Notes: generated by a model not told the origin, from the letters alone. A stretch of 64,000 bases of DNA from Nitrospinaceae bacterium (GCA_046754465.1 JBHHVU010000003.1:1-64000); one strand, 5' to 3'. Numbered from the stretch's first letter, positions 48,205 to 58,721 are shown. Program-made: numbers and translations.

Positions 48205-50841
48205 TCATCGTTTCAAAAATTGCTTTTTCACCAAATCCATTTCCTCTCTTCTGGATTGGATCGCGCCGTTGACCCTCGCCTCGCGCAGGGTCTTGAAAAT
48301 GTTTTGAAATATGGGACCCGGCTGCACGCCCAGGCGGATCAGGTCGTCCCCGGTGAGGGATAATTCGGCCAGGGAATGGTACCGGGTAAAATACAGGGTG
48401 GCGTACTTGTTGACCCGGCCGCTGTCGCAAAAGGCCAGAAGGTAGATGACCGCTTCGGGGGAGAGGGGATTAAAAATCTCGTAAATTTGGTTTGGGGCCA
48501 GGTCGTCCGTTTCCTCCAAGGAACGGATAGCCATTTTGCAGTTTTCCCGGTCGTCTTCCAGCCGATTTTTCAGCCGCTGGGAAATCCGAAGACGGTTCAT
48601 CGCGTACTGAAACGCCTGGGGGTCCAGGGTAGCAAAAAGACCCTGAAAATAAATGAACCAAATCTCGGGTTCCCTGGGAAGGGGTACCATTTTCGACCAG
48701 GAGATCACGTCCGGCACCCTCTCGAGGACCGCGAGGCCGTTTGAATCCTCCAGCAGTTTCGGGGAAATGAACGGGAAAAGAGAAAATTCCTTCATGCGCC
48801 GAATGCACTTTAAAGGGTCATCCTCCTTGAGGAGGAGTATCAATTCGTTCAGCAGCCGGGAGCCGCTCAATTGATCGATCAATTTTTTTTTGATCGCGTT
48901 CTTCATGAAAGCTTCCGTCTGTTTTCCGATGACAAAATGAAACCGCTGTTCGAAACGGATGGCGCGGAAAATACGGCAGGGGTCTTCGATAAAACTCAAA
49001 TTGTGAAGTACCCGGATCACCCGGTCTTTGAGGTCCCGTTCCCCGTTGAAAAAGTCGATGAGACAGAAGGCGTCCTTTCCGTTCAGTTTAACGGCCATGC
49101 TGTTGATGGTGAAATCACGCCGAAACAGATCGGCTTTGATCGAGCTTTTTTCAACGGTGGGGAGTGCGGCGGGATGGGTGTAGTATTCCATCCGCGCCGT
49201 GGCCACATCGATCCGAAACCCGTTTTCGAGAATGATCACCGAGGTTCCGAACTTGGCATGACTTTTCACGCGGCCCTTCAATTGTTTTCCGAGCATTTTG
49301 GCGAACTCGATCCCCTCCCCTTCCACGACGATATCGATATCCAGGTTTTTGATCCGCAGCAACAGATCACGGACGAATCCCCCGGCAACATAAATCGTAA
49401 AACCGGCTTCATCCGCAATGCGTGCGAGGGATTGAAGCAGGGCCATCAAATCACGATCGAGCCGTTCTTTCATCAAACTCTTGACATTCTTGTGAACCCC
49501 GCTTTTTTTTCTTTCCAATATGCCCCCCGGTCCGGGCTGTTCGCCTACCAGGTCGCCCTGGAGCACCCGGAGCAAGTCCCCCCGGCTGATGATCCCGGTC
49601 AATTCACCCGATTCGGGATGCACTACGGGAATCAGTTTCTGTTTTTCCTCGATGATGACCGGGATGATGGTTTTAAAATAGGAATCGGCGGAAGTGACGG
49701 AGAACTCTCGGATCATCAGGTCTTCGGTTTTTTCCAGCGCCATTTTATGATGAATGGCTTTTTCCACGATTTGCCGGGTGATCAATCCCACCGGAATTTT
49801 GCCCTCCATCACCGGGATGGTATTGAGGTTAAACCGGGTCAGGATTTTTTCGACGGATTCGATGGTATCTTTCCGGCCCACGGAAACCACGGGGAAGTGC
49901 ATGATATCACGGACCAGGTAAAGGGGCTGGACGTCCGCGTTCAGCAGATGGAGAAGTTTTTCCCTCACCTGGACCATCGTCATATCCCGAATACTGGCGG
50001 ATGCGGCATAGATGTGCCCTCCCCCCTCGAACTGCCGCGCGATTTCCGCGACATCGACCGTTTTGGTCCGGCTGCGCGCAATCAAGTAGACCCGCCGGTC
50101 CATCCGCACGAGCGCGAACAGCGCCTGGAAATTCTCGAGTTCCATCACCCGATGCACCACATAGGCCAGGTCCTCGACGAAATAATCGACGGTCGCCGAA
50201 GCCAGGGCCACCTCGACCCCGTTGAAGCTGGAAATTTCCAGGTTGCGGATCAGATCATTGAAAACGTCCACCTGCTCCGTATTTAACCGAGGTTGAACGA
50301 ATTCCGCCACCACGTTCAAATCGGCTCCCATTTGCACCAGGCTGGACACGGCGTTAATATCCTGCGGCGTCGTAGACGGGGAAATGAGGGAATGGGTGTC
50401 CTGATAGATTCCCAGGGCCATCAGGGTGCTTTCCTCCCGGGTCAGGGGAATTTTCTTTTCGGACAAGACTTCAAACAGGATGGTGGCCGCCGCCCCGCGT
50501 TTTCTTATCGTGGTGCGCCCGGCGGGAATTTTGTTGGCGATTTCCGGATGATGATCATAAACATGGATCTCCACCCCGGGTTTCCGAATCAGGGACTGGA
50601 AATTTCCAATTCGCGCGGGATCCTGGGTATCGACCAGGATGAGGCGGGTGACCCGGTCCAGATCGATATCCTTAATCCGGGAAATGTCAATCGCCGTGTT
50701 AATTTCGTTTAAATATCGATTGACGCTTTTTTCCGCGGACCCGGAAAAAACCATGTGGGCTTCCGGATAAAGTTTTTTCGCCGCCACCATGGAAGCCAGG
50801 CAATCAAAATCCGCGTTCAAATGGGTCGTGATGATTTGCAT
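48205..50841 (-). CDS. DHH-CBS-tRNA nucleotidyltransferase (A-adding type)
   Basis: HLNADFD, YDHH, GGGH, two CBS domains, GGFVRD, DIDIV, RRDFTIN, EDPCRIFR. ATG at 50841. Confidence 0.92.
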   Translation of the reverse strand: MQIITTHLNADFDCLASMVAAKKLYPEAHMVFSGSAEKSVNRYLNEINTAIDISRIKDIDLDRVTRLILVDTQDPARIGNFQSLIRKPGVEIHVYDHHPEIANKIPAGRTTIRKRGAAATILFEVLSEKKIPLTREESTLMALGIYQDTHSLISPSTTPQDINAVSSLVQMGADLNVVAEFVQPRLNTEQVDVFNDLIRNLEISSFNGVEVALASATVDYFVEDLAYVVHRVMELENFQALFALVRMDRRVYLIARSRTKTVDVAEIARQFEGGGHIYAASASIRDMTMVQVREKLLHLLNADVQPLYLVRDIMHFPVVSVGRKDTIESVEKILTRFNLNTIPVMEGKIPVGLITRQIVEKAIHHKMALEKTEDLMIREFSVTSADSYFKTIIPVIIEEKQKLIPVVHPESGELTGIISRGDLLRVLQGDLVGEQPGPGGILERKKSGVHKNVKSLMKERLDRDLMALLQSLARIADEAGFTIYVAGGFVRDLLLRIKNLDIDIVVEGEGIEFAKMLGKQLKGRVKSHAKFGTSVIILENGFRIDVATARMEYYTHPAALPTVEKSSIKADLFRRDFTINSMAVKLNGKDAFCLIDFFNGERDLKDRVIRVLHNLSFIEDPCRIFRAIRFEQRFHFVIGKQTEAFMKNAIKKKLIDQLSGSRLLNELILLLKEDDPLKCIRRMKEFSLFPFISPKLLEDSNGLAVLERVPDVISWSKMVPLPREPEIWFIYFQGLFATLDPQAFQYAMNRLRISQRLKNRLEDDRENCKMAIRSLEETDDLAPNQIYEIFNPLSPEAVIYLLAFCDSGRVNKYATLYFTRYHSLAELSLTGDDLIRLGVQPGPIFQNIFKTLREARVNGAIQSRREEMDLVKKQFLKR

Positions 50842-50863
50842 ACTGGATACGTTCGTGGGGGTC

Positions 50864-51448
50864 TTATTCCGGTGCCTTTTCTCCCAATACGCGCACTTGC
50901 GCGGCAAAGGGGATTTTACTGGGCAGGTTGCATATTTTATTGTCACACGCCCGGAACACCACGTGTCCCGCAATGGAATAAAGGCCGGGCTCGAGATCTT
51001 TGGGAACCCCCAGAACCCGGATGAATTCGACCGTTCCATGAAAGGTTCGAACCACCTTGTCCAGGGCTCGATCCTTAATAATTTCCGGTTCCGGTTCCCG
51101 CCAGGGACCTCGCGGCGGGAAAATGTTTTTCAAGAATTGGATCTGGGTGGCAAGCGATTCATCCTCCCCGGGGGTTTTCATGGAATATATATGCCATCCC
51201 CCGCCGAGTTTCACGAGAACATGCAGGTGGAAGGATTCACCGGGCTTCAACCGGCCGGGATCGGTAATTGATTGGACTTCTACGGGAACCGCCGGATTGC
51301 GGGAGCGGCTGAACGCTTCCAGGGAGGAATGCGCCCAAACGGGAAGCCCGGAAAAAATCAGCGCAAGGAAAGCGAATAAAACTCCCCACCGGGGAAATGG
51401 GGGACTGAATCGGCGAATCCATGGGATCGATGGCATGGACCTTCTCAA
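50864..51448 (-). CDS. Stand-alone DsbD N-terminal (Ig-like) domain protein
   Basis: GWHIYS, FRACDNKICNLP, signal peptide. Confidence 0.85.
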   Translation of the reverse strand: MRRSMPSIPWIRRFSPPFPRWGVLFAFLALIFSGLPVWAHSSLEAFSRSRNPAVPVEVQSITDPGRLKPGESFHLHVLVKLGGGWHIYSMKTPGEDESLATQIQFLKNIFPPRGPWREPEPEIIKDRALDKVVRTFHGTVEFIRVLGVPKDLEPGLYSIAGHVVFRACDNKICNLPSKIPFAAQVRVLGEKAPE

Positions 51449-51574
51449 CTCAACCGGGTTTCACATCATGCGGAAAAGGCTAGGACTCAAACCGCGATCA
51501 ACGCTTGTGGAGGGACAAGGAATATCATTCCAGCGCCTGACACCCTCAAGCCCGGGGTGGAACCCCTTCGGCCG

Positions 51575-52660
51575 TCACCGAACCAGCTTCGCTTCGGCCC
51601 GTGACAAGGAAAGATATTTTTCTATCGCTTCGACGAATTTATCCTTGGTGAGCGCGCCGGAAAACATCTCGCCGGAAACGGTATCGTTTTCAGGATCGTA
51701 AAGCCCCAGGACGAAGGTAGGCGTTCCTTGAATTCCCAGTTGGATTCCTTCCTGGATATCATTTTTGACCCTCTCTTGATATTTTCTCTCCTTCAGGCAT
51801 TTTTTGAAAACCTGCAAGTTTTTCACTCCCGCTTTTCTGGCAACCGCGACGAGCCCCTCGCCGGACGGTGGGGACAAGTCGTTATTTTTTTCAAAGAAGA
51901 GGGCCTGAAGCTGCCAAAACCGACCCTGGTCCCGGGCGCATTCCACCGCCTCGGAAAGGTTTTTCGCTTCCTTGTGGAAAGGCAGGGGGAAATGGCGGTA
52001 ACCAAATTGAACATCCTTATCATAAATTTTCCGCAGGGTTTGAAGGGTCTGTTGCACCCGCTTGCAAAAGGGACACTGAAAATCGGAATATTCCAGGAGA
52101 AACACCTTTCTTGATTTTTTTGAACCCCCATTGAACAACATGGCGGAACCAATACCGGCCACCACGCGGAACTGACTGGGAGGTTTCAAAAAAACCTTGG
52201 CCCATTTCTTTTTCAGAGCGTACTGGAATTTTTTTTCAATGAAGGTATCCCTGGAGGCCGTTTGAAGATATTGGCGGATTTCAGCCTTCATTTGATCCAG
52301 GCTTCCCAAGTCCTTCACTCCCGGAGTGTTCTGGTAAAACCGGACGATGTCCTTTTCCGTCACCGGGGGGACATTATCTTCCTGGAATTCGGGGTGCTTT
52401 TTTGAAAGGAGTTGGAGGATCTTCTCCTTCAAGGCTCGGCTTTCCATTTCATAAAGCTGATACATCAGATCATGCATCTGGGCGTTTTTCAGGGAATCCA
52501 ACATGATGGGTTCGCCATCGACCACAGCCACGGTGGGATTGTTGGTGAAAGGCTGGAAATTCGAGGATTGCGCCAGAACGCTTGAGGGGCCTATTGCAAA
52601 AAACGCCAACAGAAAACACAGGGCGGGGACCCTGGAAAACTTCACTGAATATATTTTCAC
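51575..52660 (-). CDS. DsbA/BdbD-family thioredoxin-domain protein
   Basis: EYSDFQCPFC, RHFPL, GTPTF, signal peptide. Confidence 0.9.
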   Translation of the reverse strand: MKIYSVKFSRVPALCFLLAFFAIGPSSVLAQSSNFQPFTNNPTVAVVDGEPIMLDSLKNAQMHDLMYQLYEMESRALKEKILQLLSKKHPEFQEDNVPPVTEKDIVRFYQNTPGVKDLGSLDQMKAEIRQYLQTASRDTFIEKKFQYALKKKWAKVFLKPPSQFRVVAGIGSAMLFNGGSKKSRKVFLLEYSDFQCPFCKRVQQTLQTLRKIYDKDVQFGYRHFPLPFHKEAKNLSEAVECARDQGRFWQLQALFFEKNNDLSPPSGEGLVAVARKAGVKNLQVFKKCLKERKYQERVKNDIQEGIQLGIQGTPTFVLGLYDPENDTVSGEMFSGALTKDKFVEAIEKYLSLSRAEAKLVR

Positions 52661-52949
52661 GGCGATGGTCTTTCCGAAAACACCTTGAGGGTTTTCATTT
52701 TATCCTTAACACGGCGCAGGATGCCATCCGCGGATTTGCCTTCACGCTTCTATTATCTCCCAAATGGCATTCCCTAAGCAAATGGATTTCAACCCAAATG
52801 AATGGAGGAAAAGGATCCGGCGGCAAGTTTGAAAGAAGTTCCCTTTTTCGGAGCAGGTGCCCGGCCAACGCTTGGGGACGGGGTCATACAAACTCATTCC
52901 GCGTAAACTCCCGCCTCCATTATTTTCCCGGCGGGGGCCGAATAAACCA

Positions 52950-53861
52950 TCAAGACCCACCGGTGGTCATGGAGGCCTCGGGATTGAGAAATTTGTGGCA
53001 ATTATCCGCCAGGTTCAAAAACGCCTTGGCGGCGGCGGAATCGGGCCGCGAAAGCACCACCGGCTCTCCACTATCCGACCGAATCGTGATCTCCGCGTCG
53101 AGCGGAATCTTACCCAAATAGGGCAGAACCAATTCCTGGGCCAGTTTTTCTCCGCCTCCCTTTTTGAACACGTCGATTTCCCCCTTACAATGAGGGCAGG
53201 TCAAGGTACTCATGTTCTCAATGATTCCCACGATGGGCACATTACTGTCCCGGGCAAACGAAATCATTTTCCTGGCATCCAGCAGGGCCAAATCCTGCGG
53301 CGTGGTGACCACGACCGCTCCATCCACTTCCCCGATAAAATCGATGATGGTGATCTGTTCGTTGCCCGTGCCGGGGGGCAGATCAATGAGCAGATAATCC
53401 AGGGGACCCCAGGTAATATTGCCGAGGAGCTCGATGATAAAGTCATATTTCACCGCATCGCGCCAGGCAATATGCATGTTGGGATCCTCAATCAAAAATC
53501 CCAGGGAAGCCACCTTGAGTCCGTTTCTCATCTCGTAAGGCGCCACCCCCTCGTCGGTGGCCTTCAACCGGATATTTTCGGCGTTCAATAATTTGGGAAT
53601 ATTGGGACCGTGAAGGTCAGCATCGGCCAGACCGACCTGGAAACCTTTTTCCGTAAGGGCGATCGCAAGATTGGTAGTGACGGTGCTTTTCCCCACCCCC
53701 CCCTTGTTGCTGCCGATGATGAGCTTGTGCTTGATATCGTTCATCCGCTTATTGACCAGCCAACGGTTATGTTCATTCTTGTCGGCCTTGCAATCCGTGT
53801 CATTGTTGAATTCACACATTTCACAGGTGTGAAGGAGCCTGCACTCTCCTGTTACGACCAT
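52950..53861 (-). CDS. mrp: Mrp/NBP35 (ApbC) Fe-S carrier ATPase
   Basis: KGGVGKST, DADLHGP, DLPPGTG, VTTPQ, ENMS...CPHC. Confidence 0.95.
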   Translation of the reverse strand: MVVTGECRLLHTCEMCEFNNDTDCKADKNEHNRWLVNKRMNDIKHKLIIGSNKGGVGKSTVTTNLAIALTEKGFQVGLADADLHGPNIPKLLNAENIRLKATDEGVAPYEMRNGLKVASLGFLIEDPNMHIAWRDAVKYDFIIELLGNITWGPLDYLLIDLPPGTGNEQITIIDFIGEVDGAVVVTTPQDLALLDARKMISFARDSNVPIVGIIENMSTLTCPHCKGEIDVFKKGGGEKLAQELVLPYLGKIPLDAEITIRSDSGEPVVLSRPDSAAAKAFLNLADNCHKFLNPEASMTTGGS

Positions 53862-54492
53862 CAGAACCTCCTAAGATTCAAAATCCCCGGGGCGCCGGTG
53901 ACCCGGCCCTCCCCGATACCGTAAGGATCGCTGTCCTTGCTTTGGAATAATCAGATTATTATGAGGTTATGTAACAATCTTTTCCATGTCAAGGGAAATA
54001 GATGGTTTCCGGACGGCGAAGGGACTCATCCATCGTGCCGTTGGGCCGCCACGACGGGGACCGGAATCGATTTTCCGGCTCGTTGAGTTTAAAATACCTG
54101 GCCGGGAAAATATCCAAATGCTGGGATCCCCGAAAAAATGTCCTGGCAGCATCGGGACCTTCGCGACTTCCTCGACGGAACTGCTGGGCCCGAATCGACT
54201 TCAATTGCCTTTTTGATTTATCCTGAATCTTTTTCCTGATTCGGTTATCTAAAAAAAACCCATTCTCAAAATATGAGTTCCAAATTATACAAAATCATGG
54301 CAAAAGCGGGAGCTATAAAGTTAAGGTTCCCTCTCAAGTCCGGCGCGGAACCAGAAACCGGGGTTTGAAAGCCTCGCCGTCAAAATCCGAAGAAGCGGCC
54401 GGGGGCTTGTTGCCTTCCGGGGGATTCATGTCCACTCAATCTTTGGGGTGGGTAAATTTTAACAACCTTAGTATTGAAGGAGTCTTGGCATC

Positions 54493-54906
54493 ATGAAAAA
54501 TCTTTCTTTAAAATTGGGGGCTTTATTGGCATTCGTTTTCGTATGGGGCCTTTCCACAGCGTATGCGGGCAATTCCATCAAAATCACTCAACCGACCAAT
54601 GGCGCCACCGTCTCCAGCCCAGTAAAAGTCTGCATGGAAGTTCACGGGGTTGAAGTGCAGCCAGCCAAAATGGGTGTCCACGATGGCAAGGGCCATCATC
54701 ACATTCTTGTGGATGTGGATGTTCCCTCGGACCTCGGCAAACCCATCGGCAAGGATGCCCATCATATCCACATGGGTGACGGGTCCACCTGCAAGGAAGT
54801 CAAACTGGATGCCGGGAAACACACCCTCCGTACCCTCTTCGCCAAGGGGAACCACGTCCCTTACAGTCCGGCCCTTACGGACGCCGTCAGCGTTACGGTC
54901 AAGTAA
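54493..54906 (+). CDS. Exported DUF4399-like His-rich protein
   Basis: Signal peptide, PTNGATVSSP, GHHHILVD, HIHMG, GKHTL, NHVP. Confidence 0.85.
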   Translation: MKNLSLKLGALLAFVFVWGLSTAYAGNSIKITQPTNGATVSSPVKVCMEVHGVEVQPAKMGVHDGKGHHHILVDVDVPSDLGKPIGKDAHHIHMGDGSTCKEVKLDAGKHTLRTLFAKGNHVPYSPALTDAVSVTVK

Positions 54907-54929
54907 ATCCAACCCCACTCGGGTCTTGT

Positions 54930-54963
54930 AAAATGCTACCCCGAGGTTCGGGGTAGCATTTTT
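54930..54963 (+). terminator. Intrinsic terminator
   Basis: aaaatgctaccccga-ggt-tcggggtagcatttt perfect stem with T tail. Confidence 0.85.
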
Positions 54964-55238
54964 ATTGGCGGACGATCTTCCGGATTCCCTCCCCGGTCTT
55001 CATTTGCCCCGCCGCCAACCCAAGGCTTCCTCCCCTCCAGATATTTCCAGCGCCTGAAACCTTATCCGTCCGCGGAAAAAATTTTCACCTTCCCTAGGAT
55101 CGAATTGAGTTGTAATCCCTTCCCTCAACTTATAAAATCACGGTATCCCAGTTTAGACCAGTGAAATCAAAAAGTTTTTCAAACGGGACCCCGGAGCGCC
55201 CTTTCTCCGGGGAAAGCGGTTCACCCAAAAAAATTGTT

Positions 55239-56606
55239 ATGAGAAATTTTCGGTTAAAGAAACTCAAAGCGGTTTTAACTGCTTTTTTTCTTATCCTGAC
55301 CCTGGGGGTCACGGACACGCTGTCCCACGAAGTCAATAAAAGCGCCATGGTGCTCCTCGCGGCGAAAGACCGTTCGGGAAAAATGTTTTCCAATGGAACC
55401 GGCTTCGTCGTGAAGCCGGAGGGAATCCTGATCACCAATTACCACGTTCTGGTGGATGCGGCCTCGATGGACGCCATTTTCCCGGACGGAAGCCGGGTTC
55501 CGGTGGAAGGGATTTTAAAAATAGACCGGATCAAGGATTTCGCGGTATTGAAGCTGAAAGAGGGATTTTATTCCACGTTGGAACTGGGGGATTCGGGGGG
55601 GATACGGGACTTCGATTACGCGAGCGCCTTGGGGTATTCCTCGCATAACGTGATCAATTCGGGAGGGCGCCTGAAAGGAATCATTGTTCAGACTTATGGA
55701 TTCGTCCTGGGAATCCACCCGCAGGCCTACCCCGATTTTCCCTATATCTATACCACCGCTCCCTTCGGACCTGGTTTCAGCGGGGGCCCGGTCGTGGGGA
55801 AGGATAACAAGGTCGTGGGAATCGCCACGGTGGAGGGACGCTCCATCAACCTCGCCCTGCCGATCAATGAGATCAAACCCTTTCTCGATGGAAAACACCA
55901 AATGACCCTGGCCCAGCTTTTTGAAAAAGACCGGGATTCCAAGGAAGCCAAGTATTACCGGGGTAATTACGCGCTCTACGCGGAGGGCAACCCGGACCGG
56001 GCCATCCGTTTTTTCCGGGAGGTCCTGGCCATGGACCCCAATTTCGTGCTCGCCTATTATGACTTGGCGGTCGCCCATCGGGAAAAAGGACGGATCTCCG
56101 AGTCCAATGCCGATTACGAAAAGGTCGTGGAGATCAATCCCAATTTCCCGGAAGCCCTGTCCAACCTGGGGGGGTACTATTTTCGGGAAGGGAAGATCGA
56201 AAAAGCGGTGGAGTTATTCAAAAAAGCCCTGAAGATTTATCCCAATTTCATCCAGGCACATTCCAACCTGGGCGCCGCCCTGAACAAACTGAACCGCCCC
56301 GGGGAAGCTCTTCCCCATCTAAAGAAAACCCTGCTTCTGGACCCGGAATTTGCCATCGCCTACTATAACCTCGGCAACACTCGCTTTGCCCTGGGCCAGG
56401 TCGAGGAAGCCCAGAAGGCTTACAACCAAGCCGTCAGGTTGGGGGTGGACTTCCTGACCCTGCATTGGAAACTGTTTGAGACCAACTTTCAGCAGGGAAA
56501 AAGCCGGGAAGCGGAACGGCAATTGAGAATTATCCTGAAGATTGACCCGCAAAATCCGAAAGCGCGTAAAAAACTCGCGGAACTCTTCTCCCCGCCCCAC
56601 CCATAA
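55239..56606 (+). CDS. Trypsin-like serine protease with C-terminal TPRs
   Basis: GTGF, TNYHV, DFAVL, GFSGGP (intact catalytic triad), then TPR repeats. Confidence 0.9.
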   Translation: MRNFRLKKLKAVLTAFFLILTLGVTDTLSHEVNKSAMVLLAAKDRSGKMFSNGTGFVVKPEGILITNYHVLVDAASMDAIFPDGSRVPVEGILKIDRIKDFAVLKLKEGFYSTLELGDSGGIRDFDYASALGYSSHNVINSGGRLKGIIVQTYGFVLGIHPQAYPDFPYIYTTAPFGPGFSGGPVVGKDNKVVGIATVEGRSINLALPINEIKPFLDGKHQMTLAQLFEKDRDSKEAKYYRGNYALYAEGNPDRAIRFFREVLAMDPNFVLAYYDLAVAHREKGRISESNADYEKVVEINPNFPEALSNLGGYYFREGKIEKAVELFKKALKIYPNFIQAHSNLGAALNKLNRPGEALPHLKKTLLLDPEFAIAYYNLGNTRFALGQVEEAQKAYNQAVRLGVDFLTLHWKLFETNFQQGKSREAERQLRIILKIDPQNPKARKKLAELFSPPHP

Positions 56607-56616
56607 ATTTTTAAAA

Positions 56617-57552
56617 TCATATTTTCCCCAAGGTTTCCACCACCACCGAAAATACCGCGAACAAACTCTCGGGCGAACATTTATCGAGGGTATCCGTCAA
56701 CTTGTGCCAGTAGGGATAATCGAAATCGATCAACACCGCCGAGGGAATCCCTCGCTGGGCAAAGGGGTAATGGTCGTCGTAAAGGGTGTATTTGCTTTTC
56801 ATCCGGAACTGGGGGAACCCTTTTTCCCGGGCCACTTTAAGGAGGAGATCCAGGAGCCAGGGCGCGCTTTTCATCGAAATCGTTTCTTTATAAATTTCCA
56901 GGTTCCGGTCGGCCACCATATCGATGATCAGGACCAGGAACGGCCAATTCTCCGTATCCCCTTTTTTCAGGCTAAGGGCATAATGGCTGGAGCCGAGAAG
57001 GTTTTCCCCCGATCCCTTGCGCCCATAGTCCTCGCCATCGAAAAAAACCAGGTGGATGGGCCTTTCCTGCCGGTGACGGTGGAAATACTGCGCCAGGGCC
57101 AATAACACGGCGGTTCCCGACCCGCCGTCGTTGGCCCCGAGAATAGGCTGCGAACGCAATGCGGGATCGGGCTCTTCATCCGCAAAGGGGCGGGTGTCGT
57201 AATGGGCGCCAATCAGAATGGGCTCTTCCGAGCGGGTCCCCCGGAACTTCAGCCGGATATTGGACATTGTCAATGGGCCATGTTTCGCCCGCGGAAGGGA
57301 AAATTTCTGGACATCCATTTCGTCGGCATATTCGCGGCCCACCTGCTTGATCCGTTCCACGGTTTGGAAGTAGCCGGGACTGCCGGGGAACCGGGGGCCA
57401 TAGCCCGTAAGGGTTTTCAAGTGGTTCCAGGCGATCTGGCGATAAGGCCGCAATTTCCCCGCGTCGTTGGCCTCGAGGTAGGACCTCCCCGAAACCCAGG
57501 CCATTCCCATCAGTAAAACAATCAGGCTGGCCTTTTTCATAAATTCCTTCAC
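56617..57552 (-). CDS. M28-family peptidase, glutaminyl cyclase-like
   Basis: GAHYDTRP, GANDGGSG, FFDGED, DMV, DDHYPF, YWH. Confidence 0.88.
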   Translation of the reverse strand: MKEFMKKASLIVLLMGMAWVSGRSYLEANDAGKLRPYRQIAWNHLKTLTGYGPRFPGSPGYFQTVERIKQVGREYADEMDVQKFSLPRAKHGPLTMSNIRLKFRGTRSEEPILIGAHYDTRPFADEEPDPALRSQPILGANDGGSGTAVLLALAQYFHRHRQERPIHLVFFDGEDYGRKGSGENLLGSSHYALSLKKGDTENWPFLVLIIDMVADRNLEIYKETISMKSAPWLLDLLLKVAREKGFPQFRMKSKYTLYDDHYPFAQRGIPSAVLIDFDYPYWHKLTDTLDKCSPESLFAVFSVVVETLGKI

Positions 57553-57570
57553 GGGATAATCAGGATAATT

Positions 57571-58011
57571 TCAAGGTTTGATCTGTCTGGATGGCAGAGG
57601 AGACCCAACCCGGTCCCGGACTTCAAAATAATCGTTCAGAATATCCGAATGATCGAAAGCCAGGGGCTGGGGCAGTGAATCCTTGGAAAAAACACCAACA
57701 TTTCGCGCATCGGAATCCGCCCGCGGGGTTCCCCGGGCTCGGGCCACAAAAACCGTGGATATATTATGCTGACGGGAATCCCGGCGCGGGTCGGAATAGG
57801 TGTGAAATTGCCCGATCAATTCGATGTCCAGCGAAGTTTCCTCCTTCGCTTCGCGCACCGCGGCCGCTTCCAGGGATTCCCCATAATCGACATAGCCCCC
57901 CGGCAAAGCCCAACCGTGGGGCGGATTGGACCGTTCGATCAAAACGATCTTTTCATTCCCAAGTTCTATGATCACATCGACGGTGGGAATGGGATTCCTA
58001 TGTTCCACCAT
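57571..58011 (-). CDS. NUDIX hydrolase
   Basis: [31 protein letters not shown]. Confidence 0.95.
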   Translation of the reverse strand: MVEHRNPIPTVDVIIELGNEKIVLIERSNPPHGWALPGGYVDYGESLEAAAVREAKEETSLDIELIGQFHTYSDPRRDSRQHNISTVFVARARGTPRADSDARNVGVFSKDSLPQPLAFDHSDILNDYFEVRDRVGSPLPSRQIKP

Positions 58012-58247
58012 GGGGTTCCCCCGATAACGCGATACACCCAGTGAGCCCTGTCATTCAACCGGTTCCCATACTCCCACAGAGCCGCCCTAAAATAAAGTGC
58101 GATTGTACGCTCGTGGCGCAGGTCCCCACAGGCCCGGTTCCCGGCCGGGACGGGTTCTTTATCTTGACAAGGGACGCCTTTCCGGATATTTTAAGTACAT
58201 AAAATCAAATGGAACGACGCGCCTGAGGGGTAATTGCTTTACGCCAC

Positions 58248-58274
58248 TCAAGTTTTCCTTGATTTATCCGATAG
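58248..58274 (+). promoter_or_regulatory. sigma28-like promoter of flgM
   Basis: TCAA-N15-TCCGATAG. Confidence 0.55.
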
Positions 58275-58397
58275 GGTTTACAGGGAAGATTGCCAGGCAA
58301 AAAGCGAGCGAATGTGCATTTTTCGGGTGACAAGGGTCGCCGGAAGCGTTAAGCTATTGATAAATTAGGTCTTATTATAGGCAGGTTGGGGTGAATC

Positions 58398-58721
58398 ATG
58401 GAAATCCCCGGAATCAAAAATAAATCCATTCAGGGTAAAATTAAGGTTGGGGCCAAGCAGCCGGTCGCCAATAAGGGCGGCGAAGGCGGGTCTTCCTCTT
58501 CCGGGAACGTTCAAGGCGCCGATAAAACCGCTCTCTCTCCGCAGGCGGTCGCCCTTCAAAAAGCCGTGAATACGGTCAAGGCCGAGCCCGATGCGGTCCG
58601 TGTCGATAAAGTGGACCGAATTAAAAAAGAAATCCAGGAAGGGCGGTTCAAGGTGGATAGCCGTGATCTCGCCGAAAAGATTCTAAGGGATATCATTACC
58701 GAAGCCAAATTTCTCGGCTGA
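58398..58721 (+). CDS. flgM: Anti-sigma28 factor
   Basis: DKTALS...VRVDKVDRIKKEIQEGRFKVDSRDLAEKI. Confidence 0.88.
   Translation: MEIPGIKNKSIQGKIKVGAKQPVANKGGEGGSSSSGNVQGADKTALSPQAVALQKAVNTVKAEPDAVRVDKVDRIKKEIQEGRFKVDSRDLAEKILRDIITEAKFLG

Noticed and set aside
50842..51039. N-terminal extension of the nucleotidyltransferase ORF
   Set aside because: Overlaps the DsbD-N gene; the DHH domain begins at ATG 50841.
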